NCBI GenBank assembly: GCA_004431415.1 | Contig: QPMI01000357.1 | Span: 1 to 63,308 of the forward strand | DNA length: 63,308 nucleotides | Direction: 5' to 3' | Source of the DNA: Cyanophora paradoxa CCMP329 | Taxonomy: Eukaryota > Plantae > Glaucophyta | In this document: in pieces, positions 48,851 to 60,000 of the stretch | Layout of the letters: every line of letters begins with the position of its first letter | Numbering within the stretch: the stretch's first letter is position 1 | Made by a program: the position numbers and the translations under genes | Notes under the pieces: generated by a model | What the model was told of the DNA's origin: nothing | Seen by the model: the letters and a program-made list of their open reading frames with translations, nothing else | Databases searched by the model: none

Positions 48851-51721
48851 TCAGCAGCCTAGGGAAGTAGCGCTAAGAGGCTGCTGCTGCTGAGAGCTTC
48901 TAGGTTGGCCAGGCTGCTGCAACCGGAGACGCCGACTGTCGGAGAGGCGCTGGGAGGCTGAGTATCCCGCACAGATCCCCCTAACTTCGCCCGAAAGAGA
49001 GCCGCACCAGCACAAGGGAGCGACTGCAACTTGGCAAGGATGCCGCCAAGCTGTGTCTCTGGCCCAGTAGTAGTGGGAATGCAGATCGGCGACGTCGGAG
49101 CATGCGCATGCGCGCAGAGCGCGAGCTCGAGCTGCTGTTGTTGACGACGAAGAAGGGGGTGCACGAAGAGCTGTGAACTTACGTGCGCACACATGAGCGC
49201 TCGAAGCCGAGTCGAAGGCTGTCGAAGCGGATCATGCATGATGATCTCAGAAAAAAACAGCCGCTTCTCACATAACGACCGGCGATCGCTTGCACAGGAG
49301 CTGCTTCAAGTTCGTCGCACCAGCCAACGCCAACGCCTGCAGTGCGTGCCCGCCACCCGTAGCGCTGCGAGCTTGCTCGCATAGAGATTCTCTATTCAAT
49401 TGGATCGCTAGATCTGCCCCGCGCATACTATGACCGGCGATCGCTTGCACAGGAGCTGCTTCAAGTTCGTCGCACCAGCCAACGCCAACGCCTGCAGTGC
49501 GTGCCCGCCACCCGTAGCGCTGCGAGCTTGCTCGCATAGAGATTCTCTATTCAATTGGATCGCTAGATCTGCCCCGCGCATAGAGCGTTCTCATTGCTCG
49601 GCGATCGCTTTGTGTTCGGCGCCATACCCAGCGAGTCCGACCTCTAACAAAGAGCTGCTGGGCCGGCGATCGCTTCTGGGTTCTCAGTTCTAACGGTCGC
49701 CGCGGGCTTGACGTCCACCGCCTTCTCATTGGCCAAGCGATCGCTGATTTTCGGTGTCTTATGCCGTGTCCGCAGCATGTCGACCCTCGGAGGCCCTCTT
49801 TGGGGAGGAAGAGATGGAGTGGACCTCCAGCTCATCTCCCAACCCCTTCCCAAGGGCGGCGTGGCGGTGGGTTGCCTCGGGGCGGCCTCGGGCGCAGCAT
49901 GGCAAGTGGCGGCGCTCGCTCCGGCCATGAGCTTGTCCCCGCCCTCCCCTCCCCCGGCCCGGCCCTCCCCCGGCCCGGCCCCTCCCCCGGCCCGGCCCTC
50001 CCCCGGCCCGGCCCCGGCCCGGCCCTCCCCCCGGCCCGGCCCTCCCCCGGCCCCGCCCTCCCCAGGCCCCGCCCCTCCCCCTCCTCCGGCCCGAAGGCGG
50101 GAGGCGGCGCGGGAGGCGGCGCGGCGGGCGGCGCGGCGGGCGGCGCAGCGGGCGGCGCAGCGGGCGGCGCGGGGGCGGGGCGGCGGGCGGCGCGGCGGGC
50201 GGCGCAGGCGGAAGGCGACAAGCACATGCACCCTTCGAGATCTGTGCGTTTCTGGGAATTCTCGCCTCGATGGGTCGGGTGGTATGCGCCGGGCACCACC
50301 AGCGCAGCCCAATGGACTGCGCACCATTTGTTGCGGTAGCAAAGGAATGGTTCCGCAAGCCGCTTGCGGCCGAGGAGGATCGGTTTGCCGACGCAGCTAG
50401 GCTAGATGAGCTAGTGGAGCGGTGCAAGCAGTTTGTAGGGCCTCAGTTGAACTTCCAGTGAGTGTAGAGGTCTTGAGAGGTTGCAATTTTGTTGACAAGT
50501 CAAATTTCGTCAATGTACCCCAGAGCCTTCGCTTTTTAGCCACCGAGCCCCCAAGTTTGGGGGGGAATGAGTCGGGGGGGTACCCTGACCTTCCAAACTG
50601 AGGCGCGCGGCGTCGACGTATACGTACCGACGTCGACGTCGCAACTGCGGCGCGGATTGAAGGTCGCGCATTGCGCTTCACCGTGCGCGCGCTGTGCTCA
50701 GCCCCGCGGCGCCACGCCCGCCCCGCAGGCGACTTCGCCGCGCCCGCGCACGCGAGGAGTACACATCGCTGGCTTCATCGGCTCACCCGCGGCGCCGGCG
50801 GCGCGCTAGCTACACGCTTTCGCTTGTCCGAGGTGCACATCATCGAATTCTGCAGCCGTTGCCCCATCCTCGGCCGCTGTAAGGCGGCGCGCAGGGATTC
50901 GAGCTCTCAACCGGGTCTCATGGCGTCGGCCGGCGGGCCCAGCGCAAGCACCTCTGAGTCAGTAGGTCCGTCCCGGAACCGCCCCTCGGTCCTGCCTGGG
51001 CGCGCTTTCTTCCGATCCTTCTAAAAACCGTGATTTCGGGGCGACATTTTGGCACTATGTTCACTATGCCCGCCGGCCATGGGCTCGAATCGGGCCGGGG
51101 TCTTTTTCAAGCGATCGCCGGCGCCGCGTCCGTCGTCCGGCGGTTCGCGCTAGCGATTGCCCCGGAGTACTCGGTACCAGGGCCTGGCGATCGCCGAAGC
51201 GATGAGAAGGCTCTCTGACCGGCGATCGCTTGCACAGGAGCTGCTTCAAGTTCGTCGCACCAGCCAACGCCAACGCCTGCAGTGCGTGCCCGCCACCCGT
51301 AGCGCTGCGAGCTTGCTCGCATAGAGATTCTCTATTCAATTGGATCGCTAGATCTGCCCCGCGCATAGAGCGTTCTCATTGCTCGGCGATCGCTTTGTGT
51401 TCGGCGCCATACCCAGCGAGTCCGACCTCTAACAAAGAGCTGCTGGGCCGGCGATCGCTTCTGGGTTCTCAGTTCTAACGGTCGCCGCGGGCTTGACGTC
51501 CACCGCCTTCTCATTGGCCAAGCGATCGCTGATTTTCGGTGTCTTATGCCCGTGTCCGCAGCATGTCGACCCTCGGAGGGCCCTCTTTGGGGAGGAAGAG
51601 ATGGAGTGGACCTCCAGCTCATCTCCCAACCCCTTCCCAAGGGCGGCGTGGCGGTGGGTTGCCTCGGGGCGGCCTCGGGCGCAGCATGGCAAGTGGCGGC
51701 GCTCGCTCCGGCCATGAGCTT

Positions 51722-52987
51722 GTCCCCGCCCTCCCCTCCCCCGGCCCGGCCCCTCCCCCGGCCCGGCCCTCCCCCGGCCCGGCCCTCCCCCGGCCCGGCC
51801 CCGGCCCGGCCCTCCCCCGGCCCGGCCCCTCCCCCGGCCCCGCCCCTCCCCAGGCCCCGCCCCTCCCCTCCTCCCGGCCCGAAGGCGGGAGGCGGCGCGG
51901 GAGGCGGCGCGGCGGGCGGCGCGGCGGGCGGCGCGGCGGGCGGCGCGGGGGCGGCGCAGCGGGCGGCGCGGGAGGCGGCGCGGCGGGCGGCGCGGCGGGC
52001 GGCACGGCAGGCGGCGCGGCGGGCGGCGCGGCGGGCGGCGCGGCGGGCGGCGCGGCGGGCGGCGCGGCGGGCGGCGCGGGGGCGGCGCAGCGGGCGCGGC
52101 GCGGCGGGCGGCGCGGCGGGCGGCACGGCAGGCGGCGCGGCGGGCGGCGCGGCGGGCGGCGCGGCGGGCGGCGCGGCGGGCGGCGCGGCGGGCGGCGCGG
52201 GGGCGGCGCAGCGGGCGCGGCGCGGCGGGCGGCGCGGCGGGCGGCGCGGCGGGCGGCGCGGCGGGCAGCGCGGCGGCGCGGGGGGCGGCGCAGCGGGCGG
52301 CGCGGCGGGCGGCGCAGCGGGCGGCGCAGCGGGCGGCGCGGCGGGCGGCGCGGCGGGCGGCGCAGCGGGCGGGGCGGCGGGCGGGCGGCGGGCGGCGCGG
52401 CGGGCGGCGCGGCGGGCGGCGCGGGGGCGGCGCGGGGGCGGCGCAGCGGGCGCGGCGCGGCGGGCGGCGCGGCGGGCGGCGCGGCGGGCAGCGCGGCGGG
52501 CGGCGCGGCGGGCGACGCGGCGGGCGCAGCGGGCGGCGCGGCGGGCGGCGCAGCGGGCGGCGCAGCGGGCGGCGCGGCGGGCGGCGCGGCGGGCGGCGCG
52601 GGGCGGCGCAGCGGGCGGCGCGGGGCGGCGCGCGGGCGGCGCGGCGGGCGGCACGGCAGGCGGCGCGGCGGGCGGCGCGGCGGGCGGCGCGGCGGGCGGC
52701 GCGGGGGCGGCGCAGCGGGCGCGGCGCGGCGGGCGGCGCAGCGGGCGGGGCGGCGGGCGGGGCGGCGGGCGGCGCGGGGGCGGCGCGGCGGGCGGCGCGG
52801 GGGCGGCGCGGGGGCGGCGCAGCGGGCGGCGCGGCGGGCGGCGCGGCGGGCGGCGCGGCGGGCAGCGCGGCGGGCGGCGCGGCGGGCGACGCGGCGGGCG
52901 CAGCGGGCGGCGCGGCGGGCGGCGCAGCGGGCGGCGCAGCGGGCGGCGCGGGGGGCGGGGCGGCGGGCGGCGCGGCGGGCGGCGCAG
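51722..52987. repeat. Compound minisatellite: C-rich (CCCGGCCCGGCCCTCC-like) block followed by expanded G-rich (GCGGCGGGCGGC)n
   Basis: Long form here and at about 58051-59313. Short forms (about 270-290 bp) at 49935-50207, 54506-54788 and about 60831-61115. Confidence 0.95.
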
Positions 52988-55900
52988 GCGGAAGGCGACA
53001 AGCACATGCACCCTTCGAGATCTGTGCGTTTCTGGGGAATTCTCGCCTCGATGGGGTCGGGTGGTATGCGCCGGGCACCACCAGCGCAGCCCAATGGACT
53101 GCGCACCATTTGTTGCGGTAGCAAAGGAATGGTTCCGCAAGCCGCTTGCGGCCGAGGAGGATCGGTTTGCCGACGCAGCTAGGCTAGATGAGCTAGTGGA
53201 GCGGTGCAAGCAGTTTGTAGGGCCTCAGTTGAACTTCCAGTGAGTGTAGAGGTCTTGAGAGGTTGCAATTTTGTTGACAAGTCAAATTTCGTCAATGTAC
53301 CCCAGAGCCTTCGCTTTTTAGCCACCGAGCCCCCAAGTTTGGGGGGGAATGAGTCGGGGGGGTACCCTGACCTTCCAAACTGAGGCGCGCGGCGTCGACG
53401 TATACGTACCGACGTCGACGTCGCAACTGCGGCGCGGATTGAAGGTCGCGCATTGCGCTTCACCGTGCGCGCGCTGTGCTCAGCCCCGCGGCGCCACGCC
53501 CGCCCCGCAGGCGACTTCGCCGCGCCCGCGCACGCGAGGAGTACACATCGCTGGCTTCATCGGCTCACCCGCGGCGCCGGCGGCGCGCTAGCTACACGCT
53601 TTCGCTTGTCCGAGGTGCACATCATCGAATTCTGCAGCCGTTGCCCCATCCTCGGCCGCTGTAAGGCGGCGCGCAGGGATTCGAGCTCTCAACCGGGTCT
53701 CATGGCGTCGGCCGGCGGGCCCAGCGCAAGCACCTCTGAGTCAGTAGGTCCGTCCCGGAACCGCCCCTCGGTCCTGCCTGGGCGCGCTTTCTTCCGATCC
53801 TTCTAAAAACCGTGATTTCGGGGCGACATTTTGGCACTATGTTCACTATGCCCGCCGGCCATGGGCTCGAATCGGGCCGGGGTCTTTTTCAAGCGATCGC
53901 CGGCGCCGCGTCCGTCGTCCGGCGGTTCGCGCTAGCGATTGCCCCGGAGTACTCGGTACCAGGGCCTGGCGATCGCCGAAGCGATGAGAAGGCTCTCTGA
54001 CCGGCGATCGCTTGCACAGGAGCTGCTTCAAGTTCGTCGCACCAGCCAACGCCAACGCCTGCAGTGCGTGCCCGCCACCCGTAGCGCTGCGAGCTTGCTC
54101 GCATAGAGATTCTCTATTCAATTGGATCGCTAGATCTGCCCCGCGCATAGAGCGTTCTCATTGCTCGGCGATCGCTTTGTGTTCGGCGCCATACCCAGCG
54201 AGTCCGACCTCTAACAAAGAGCTGCTGGGCCGGCGATCGCTTCTGGGTTCTCAGTTCTAACGGTCGCCGCGGGCTTGACGTCCACCGCCTTCTCATTGGC
54301 CAAGCGATCGCTGATTTTCGGTGTCTTATGCCCGTGTCCGCAGCATGTCGACCCTCGGAGGGCCCTCTTTGGGGAGGAAGAGATGGAGTGGACCTCCAGC
54401 TCATCTCCCAACCCCCTTCCCAAGGGCGGCGTGGCGGTGGGTTGCCTCGGGGGCGGCCTCGGGCGCAGCATGGCAAGTGGCGGCGCTCGCTCCGGCCATG
54501 AGCTTGTCCCCGCCCCTCCCCCTCCCCCCGGCCCGGCCCCTCCCCCCGGCCCGGCCCCTCCCCCCGGCCCGGCCCCTCCCCCCGGCCCGGCCCCCGGCCC
54601 GGCCCCTCCCCCGGCCCGGCCCCTCCCCCGGCCCGCCCCTCCCCAGGCCCGCCCCTCCCCTCCTCCCGGCCCGAAGGCGGGAGGCGGCGCGGGAGGCGGC
54701 GCGGCGGGCGGCGCGGCGGGCGGCGCAGCGGGCGGCGCAGCGGGCGGCGCGGGGGGCGGGGCGGCGGGCGGCGCGGCGGGCGGCGCAGGCGGAAGGCGAC
54801 AAGCACATGCACCCTTCGAGATCTGTGCGTTTCTGGGGAATTCTCGCCTCGATGGGGTCGGGTGGTATGCGCCGGGCACCACCAGCGCAGCCCAATGGAC
54901 TGCGCACCATTTGTTGCGGTAGCAAAGGAATGGTTCCGCAAGCCGCTTGCGGCCGAGGAGGATCGGTTTGCCGACGCAGCTAGGCTAGATGAGCTAGTGG
55001 AGCGGTGCAAGCAGTTTGTAGGGCCTCAGTTGAACTTCCAGTGAGTGTAGAGGTCTTGAGAGGTTGCAATTTTGTTGACAAGTCAAATTTCGTCAATGTA
55101 CCCCAGAGCCTTCGCTTTTTAGCCACCGAGCCCCCAAGTTTGGGGGGGAATGAGTCGGGGGGGTACCCTGACCTTCCAAACTGAGGCGCGCGGCGTCGAC
55201 GTATACGTACCGACGTCGACGTCGCAACTGCGGCGCGGATTGAAGGTCGCGCATTGCGCTTCACCGTGCGCGCGCTGTGCTCAGCCCCGCGGCGCCACGC
55301 CCGCCCCGCAGGCGACTTCGCCGCGCCCGCGCACGCGAGGAGTACACATCGCTGGCTTCATCGGCTCACCCGCGGCGCCGGCGGCGCGCTAGCTACACGC
55401 TTTCGCTTGTCCGAGGTGCACATCATCGAATTCTGCAGCCGTTGCCCCATCCTCGGCCGCTGTAAGGCGGCGCGCAGGGATTCGAGCTCTCAACCGGGTC
55501 TCATGGCGTCGGCCGGCGGGCCCAGCGCAAGCACCTCTGAGTCAGTAGGTCCGTCCCGGAACCGCCCCTCGGTCCTGCCTGGGCGCGCTTTCTTCCGATC
55601 CTTCTAAAAACCGTGATTTCGGGGCGACATTTTGGCACTATGTTCACTATGCCCGCCGGCCATGGGCTCGAATCGGGCCGGGGTCTTTTTCAAGCGATCG
55701 CCGGCGCCGCGTCCGTCGTCCGGCGGTTCGCGCTAGCGATTGCCCCGGAGTACTCGGTACCAGGGCCTGGCGATCGCCGAAGCGATGAGCCACGCCTAGT
55801 GCTGCCGCCACCGATGAGAAGGCTCTCTGACCGGCGATCGCTTGCACAGGAGCTGCTTCAAGTTCGTCGCACCAGCCAACGCCAACGCCTGCAGTGCGTG

Positions 55901-56143
55901 CCCGCCACCCGTAGCGCTGCGAGCTTGCTCGCATAGAGATTCTCTATTCAATTGGATCGCTAGATCTGCCCCGCGCATAGAGCGTTCTCATTGCTCGGCG
56001 ATCGCTTTGTGTTCGGCGCCATACCCAGCGAGTCCGACCTCTAACAAAGAGCTGCTGGGCCGGCGATCGCTTCTGGGTTCTCAGTTCTAACGGTCGCCGC
56101 GGGCTTGACGTCCACCGCCTTCTCATTGGCCAAGCGATCGCTG

Positions 56144-57010
56144 AACACGGATGAATGGGCGAAAGCCGGTATCCAGGCAGTGCTTCCACCCCCACTGCCT
56201 GGAGCTGCCTGGGCGGCGCGATCGAGCACGTTCTACCCACGTGAAAGTGTGATAAATGTTTTGTGAAATCGCTATATCTTCTCTGAAGCCGGAGCGCGAA
56301 CGCTGTTGGGAGAACTCGTGACTGTTGCTGACACGGGGAGAACTCGAGCAGGGGTACAGTAGTCGCAAAAGCGTTCCTGTACCCGTTCCGAGAGCGAGAC
56401 GCAGCTCCGGCCGCTCCTGCGCTCTACTGAGAGCGTTGTAGGCGCATTTTGATAGACCTTAGCTATGTTTAATCAAGTTCCCGACCCGTTTGGGCCGCCA
56501 GGAGAGCGGCCAGCGCCGTACCTGTCGTTCGATCTTGCAGGCTCGACTTGGTCGGTTATTTCGCTTCTGACCTGCGTACTGCTTCTTACTTGTGGCAGGC
56601 GACCGCCGGCTCTGCCGGACGGGCTTCCAGTTCAACCAGCGAGGTTCCCGAACATGCCCTCGCTTGCTGCTGCTTCCAGCGCTCACTTACCTCTCCGTAC
56701 GGCTTCAGAGCTTCCGAGACGACGACGGCTTCGCTGGCGGTGGGCCGCCGCGTGTGTGCGGCGCGCGCTGTTCGGGAGGCTTCGCTGGACGCGGGACGCC
56801 CTCGTTTCTTTGTCTGTTCAAACTATAACGGCGCGGGTCGCGTCGCATCCCATCCGGTCTGCTCTCACGCAGCCAACCGCCGCGCATTCTTTCCTGCACG
56901 GCCAGCTCACCTGCCGTCAGACTTTCACGGCGGCGAGCTCGACAGCATCGTCTCTTGGGCGCATCTGAAGTGTCTGCGGTGCGCGGGCTGCGCTGGGGCC
57001 TGACTCTGTC
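56144..57010. repeat. Alternative ~870-bp module replacing the middle of the standard unit; second copy from about 62584 to the window end
   Basis: Diverges from the standard unit right after CAAGCGATCGCTGA and rejoins at CCGTGCGCGCGCTG. The second copy is 6440 bp downstream. Confidence 0.95.
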
Positions 57011-60000
57011 CGTGCGCGCGCTGTGCTCAGCCCCGCGGCGCCACGCCCGCCCCGCAGGCGACTTCGCCGCGCCCGCGCACGCGAGGAGTACACATCGCTG
57101 GCTTCATCGGCTCACCCGCGGCGCCGGCGGCGCGCTAGCTACACGCTTTCGCTTGTCCGAGGTGCACATCATCGAATTCTGCAGCCGTTGCCCCATCCTC
57201 GGCCGCTGTAAGGCGGCGCGCAGGGATTCGAGCTCTCAACCGGGTCTCATGGCGTCGGCCGGCGGGCCCAGCGCAAGCACCTCTGAGTCAGTAGGTCCGT
57301 CCCGGAACCGCCCCTCGGTCCTGCCTGGGCGCGCTTTCTTCCGATCCTTCTAAAAACCGTGATTTCGGGGCGACATTTTGGCACTATGTTCACTATGCCC
57401 GCCGGCCATGGGCTCGAATCGGGCCGGGGTCTTTTTCAAGCGATCGCCGGCGCCGCGTCCGTCGTCCGGCGGTTCGCGCTAGCGATTGCCCCGGAGTACT
57501 CGGTACCAGGGCCTGGCGATCGCCGAAGCGATGAGAAGGCTCTCTGACCGGCGATCGCTTGCACAGGAGCTGCTTCAAGTTCGTCGCACCAGCCAACGCC
57601 AACGCCTGCAGTGCGTGCCCGCCACCCGTAGCGCTGCGAGCTTGCTCGCATAGAGATTCTCTATTCAATTGGATCGCTAGATCTGCCCCGCGCATAGAGC
57701 GTTCTCATTGCTCGGCGATCGCTTTGTGTTCGGCGCCATACCCAGCGAGTCCGACCTCTAACAAAGAGCTGCTGGGCCGGCGATCGCTTCTGGGTTCTCA
57801 GTTCTAACGGTCGCCGCGGGCTTGACGTCCACCGCCTTCTCATTGGCCAAGCGATCGCTGATTTTCGGTGTCTTATGCCCGTGTCCGCAGCATGTCGACC
57901 CTCGGAGGGCCCTCTTTGGGGAGGAAGAGATGGAGTGGACCTCCAGCTCATCTCCCAACCCCTTCCCAAGGGCGGCGTGGCGGTGGGTTGCCTCGGGGCG
58001 GCCTCGGGCGCAGCATGGCAAGTGGCGGCGCTCGCTCCGGCCATGAGCTTGTCCCCGCCCCTCCCCTCCCCCGGCCCGGCCCCTCCCCCGGCCCGGCCCT
58101 CCCCCGGCCCGGCCCTCCCCCGGCCCGGCCCCGGCCCGGCCCCTCCCCCGGCCCGGCCCTCCCCCGGCCCCGCCCTCCCCCAGGCCCCGCCCCTCCCCTC
58201 CTCCCGGCCCGAAGGCGGGAGGCGGCGCGGGAGGCGGCGCGGCGGGCGGCGCGGCGGGCGGCGCGGCGGGCGGCGCGGGGGCGGCGCAGCGGGCGGCGCG
58301 GGAGGCGGCGCGGCGGGCGGCGCGGCGGGCGGCACGGCAGGCGGCGCGGCGGGCGGCGCGGCGGGCGGCGCGGCGGGCGGCGCGGCGGGCGGCGCGGCGG
58401 GCGGCGCGGGGGCGGCGCAGCGGGCGCGGCGCGGCGGGCGGCGCGGCGGGCGGCACGGCAGGCGGCGCGGCGGGCGGCGCGGCGGGCGGCGCGGCGGGCG
58501 GCGCGGCGGGCGGCGCGGCGGGCGGCGCGGGGGCGGCGCAGCGGGCGCGGCGCGGCGGGCGGCGCGGCGGGCGGCGCGGCGGGCGGCGCGGCGGGCAGCG
58601 CGGCGGCGCGGGGGGCGGCGCAGCGGGCGGCGCGGCGGGCGGCGCAGCGGGCGGCGCAGCGGGCGGCGCGGCGGGCGGCGCGGCGGGCGGCGCAGCGGGC
58701 GGGGCGGCGGGCGGGGCGGCGGGCGGCGCGGCGGGCGGCGCGGCGGGCGGCGCGGGGGCGGCGCGGGGGCGGCGCAGCGGGCGCGGCGCGGCGGGCGGCG
58801 CGGCGGGCGGCGCGGCGGGCAGCGCGGCGGGCGGCGCGGCGGGCGACGCGGCGGGCGCAGCGGGCGGCGCGGCGGGCGGCGCAGCGGGCGGCGCAGCGGG
58901 CGGCGCGGCGGGCGGCGCGGCGGGCGCGCGGCGGCGCAGCGGGCGGCGCGGGGGCGGCGCGCGGCGGCGCGCGGGCGGCACGGCAGGCGGCGCGGCGGGC
59001 GGCGCGGCGGGCGGCGCGGCGGGCGGCGCGGGGGCGGCGCAGCGGGCGCGGCGCGGCGGGCGGCGCAGCGGGCGGGGCGGCGGGCGGGCGGCGGGCGGCG
59101 CGGGGGCGGCGCGGCGGGCGGCGCGGGGGCGGCGCGGGGGCGGCGCAGCGGGCGGCGCGGCGGGCGGCGCGGCGGGCGGCGCGGCGGGCAGCGCGGCGGG
59201 CGGCGCGGCGGGCGACGCGGCGGGCGCAGCGGGCGGCGCGGCGGGCGGCGCAGCGGGCGGCGCAGCGGGCGGCGCGGGGGGCGGGGCGGCGGGCGGCGCG
59301 GCGGGCGGCGCAGGCGGAAGGCGACAAGCACATGCACCCTTCGAGATCTGTGCGTTTCTGGGGAATTCTCGCCTCGATGGGGTCGGGTGGTATGCGCCGG
59401 GCACCACCAGCGCAGCCCAATGGACTGCGCACCATTTGTTGCGGTAGCAAAGGAATGGTTCCGCAAGCCGCTTGCGGCCGAGGAGGATCGGTTTGCCGAC
59501 GCAGCTAGGCTAGATGAGCTAGTGGAGCGGTGCAAGCAGTTTGTAGGGCCTCAGTTGAACTTCCAGTGAGTGTAGAGGTCTTGAGAGGTTGCAATTTTGT
59601 TGACAAGTCAAATTTCGTCAATGTACCCCAGAGCCTTCGCTTTTTAGCCACCGAGCCCCCAAGTTTGGGGGGGAATGAGTCGGGGGGGTACCCTGACCTT
59701 CCAAACTGAGGCGCGCGGCGTCGACGTATACGTACCGACGTCGACGTCGCAACTGCGGCGCGGATTGAAGGTCGCGCATTGCGCTTCACCGTGCGCGCGC
59801 TGTGCTCAGCCCCGCGGCGCCACGCCCGCCCCGCAGGCGACTTCGCCGCGCCCGCGCACGCGAGGAGTACACATCGCTGGCTTCATCGGCTCACCCGCGG
59901 CGCCGGCGGCGCGCTAGCTACACGCTTTCGCTTGTCCGAGGTGCACATCATCGAATTCTGCAGCCGTTGCCCCATCCTCGGCCGCTGTAAGGCGGCGCGC

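Noticed and set aside
51332-53243. 500-625 aa ORFs in several frames (PPAA/RRAA/GGAA repeats), also at 57661-59569
   Set aside because: They result from a stop-free GC minisatellite and are not frame-conserved between copies.
56141-56170. Hammerhead ribozyme core (CTGA...GAAA)
   Set aside because: It lacks CUGANGA and the three required stems.
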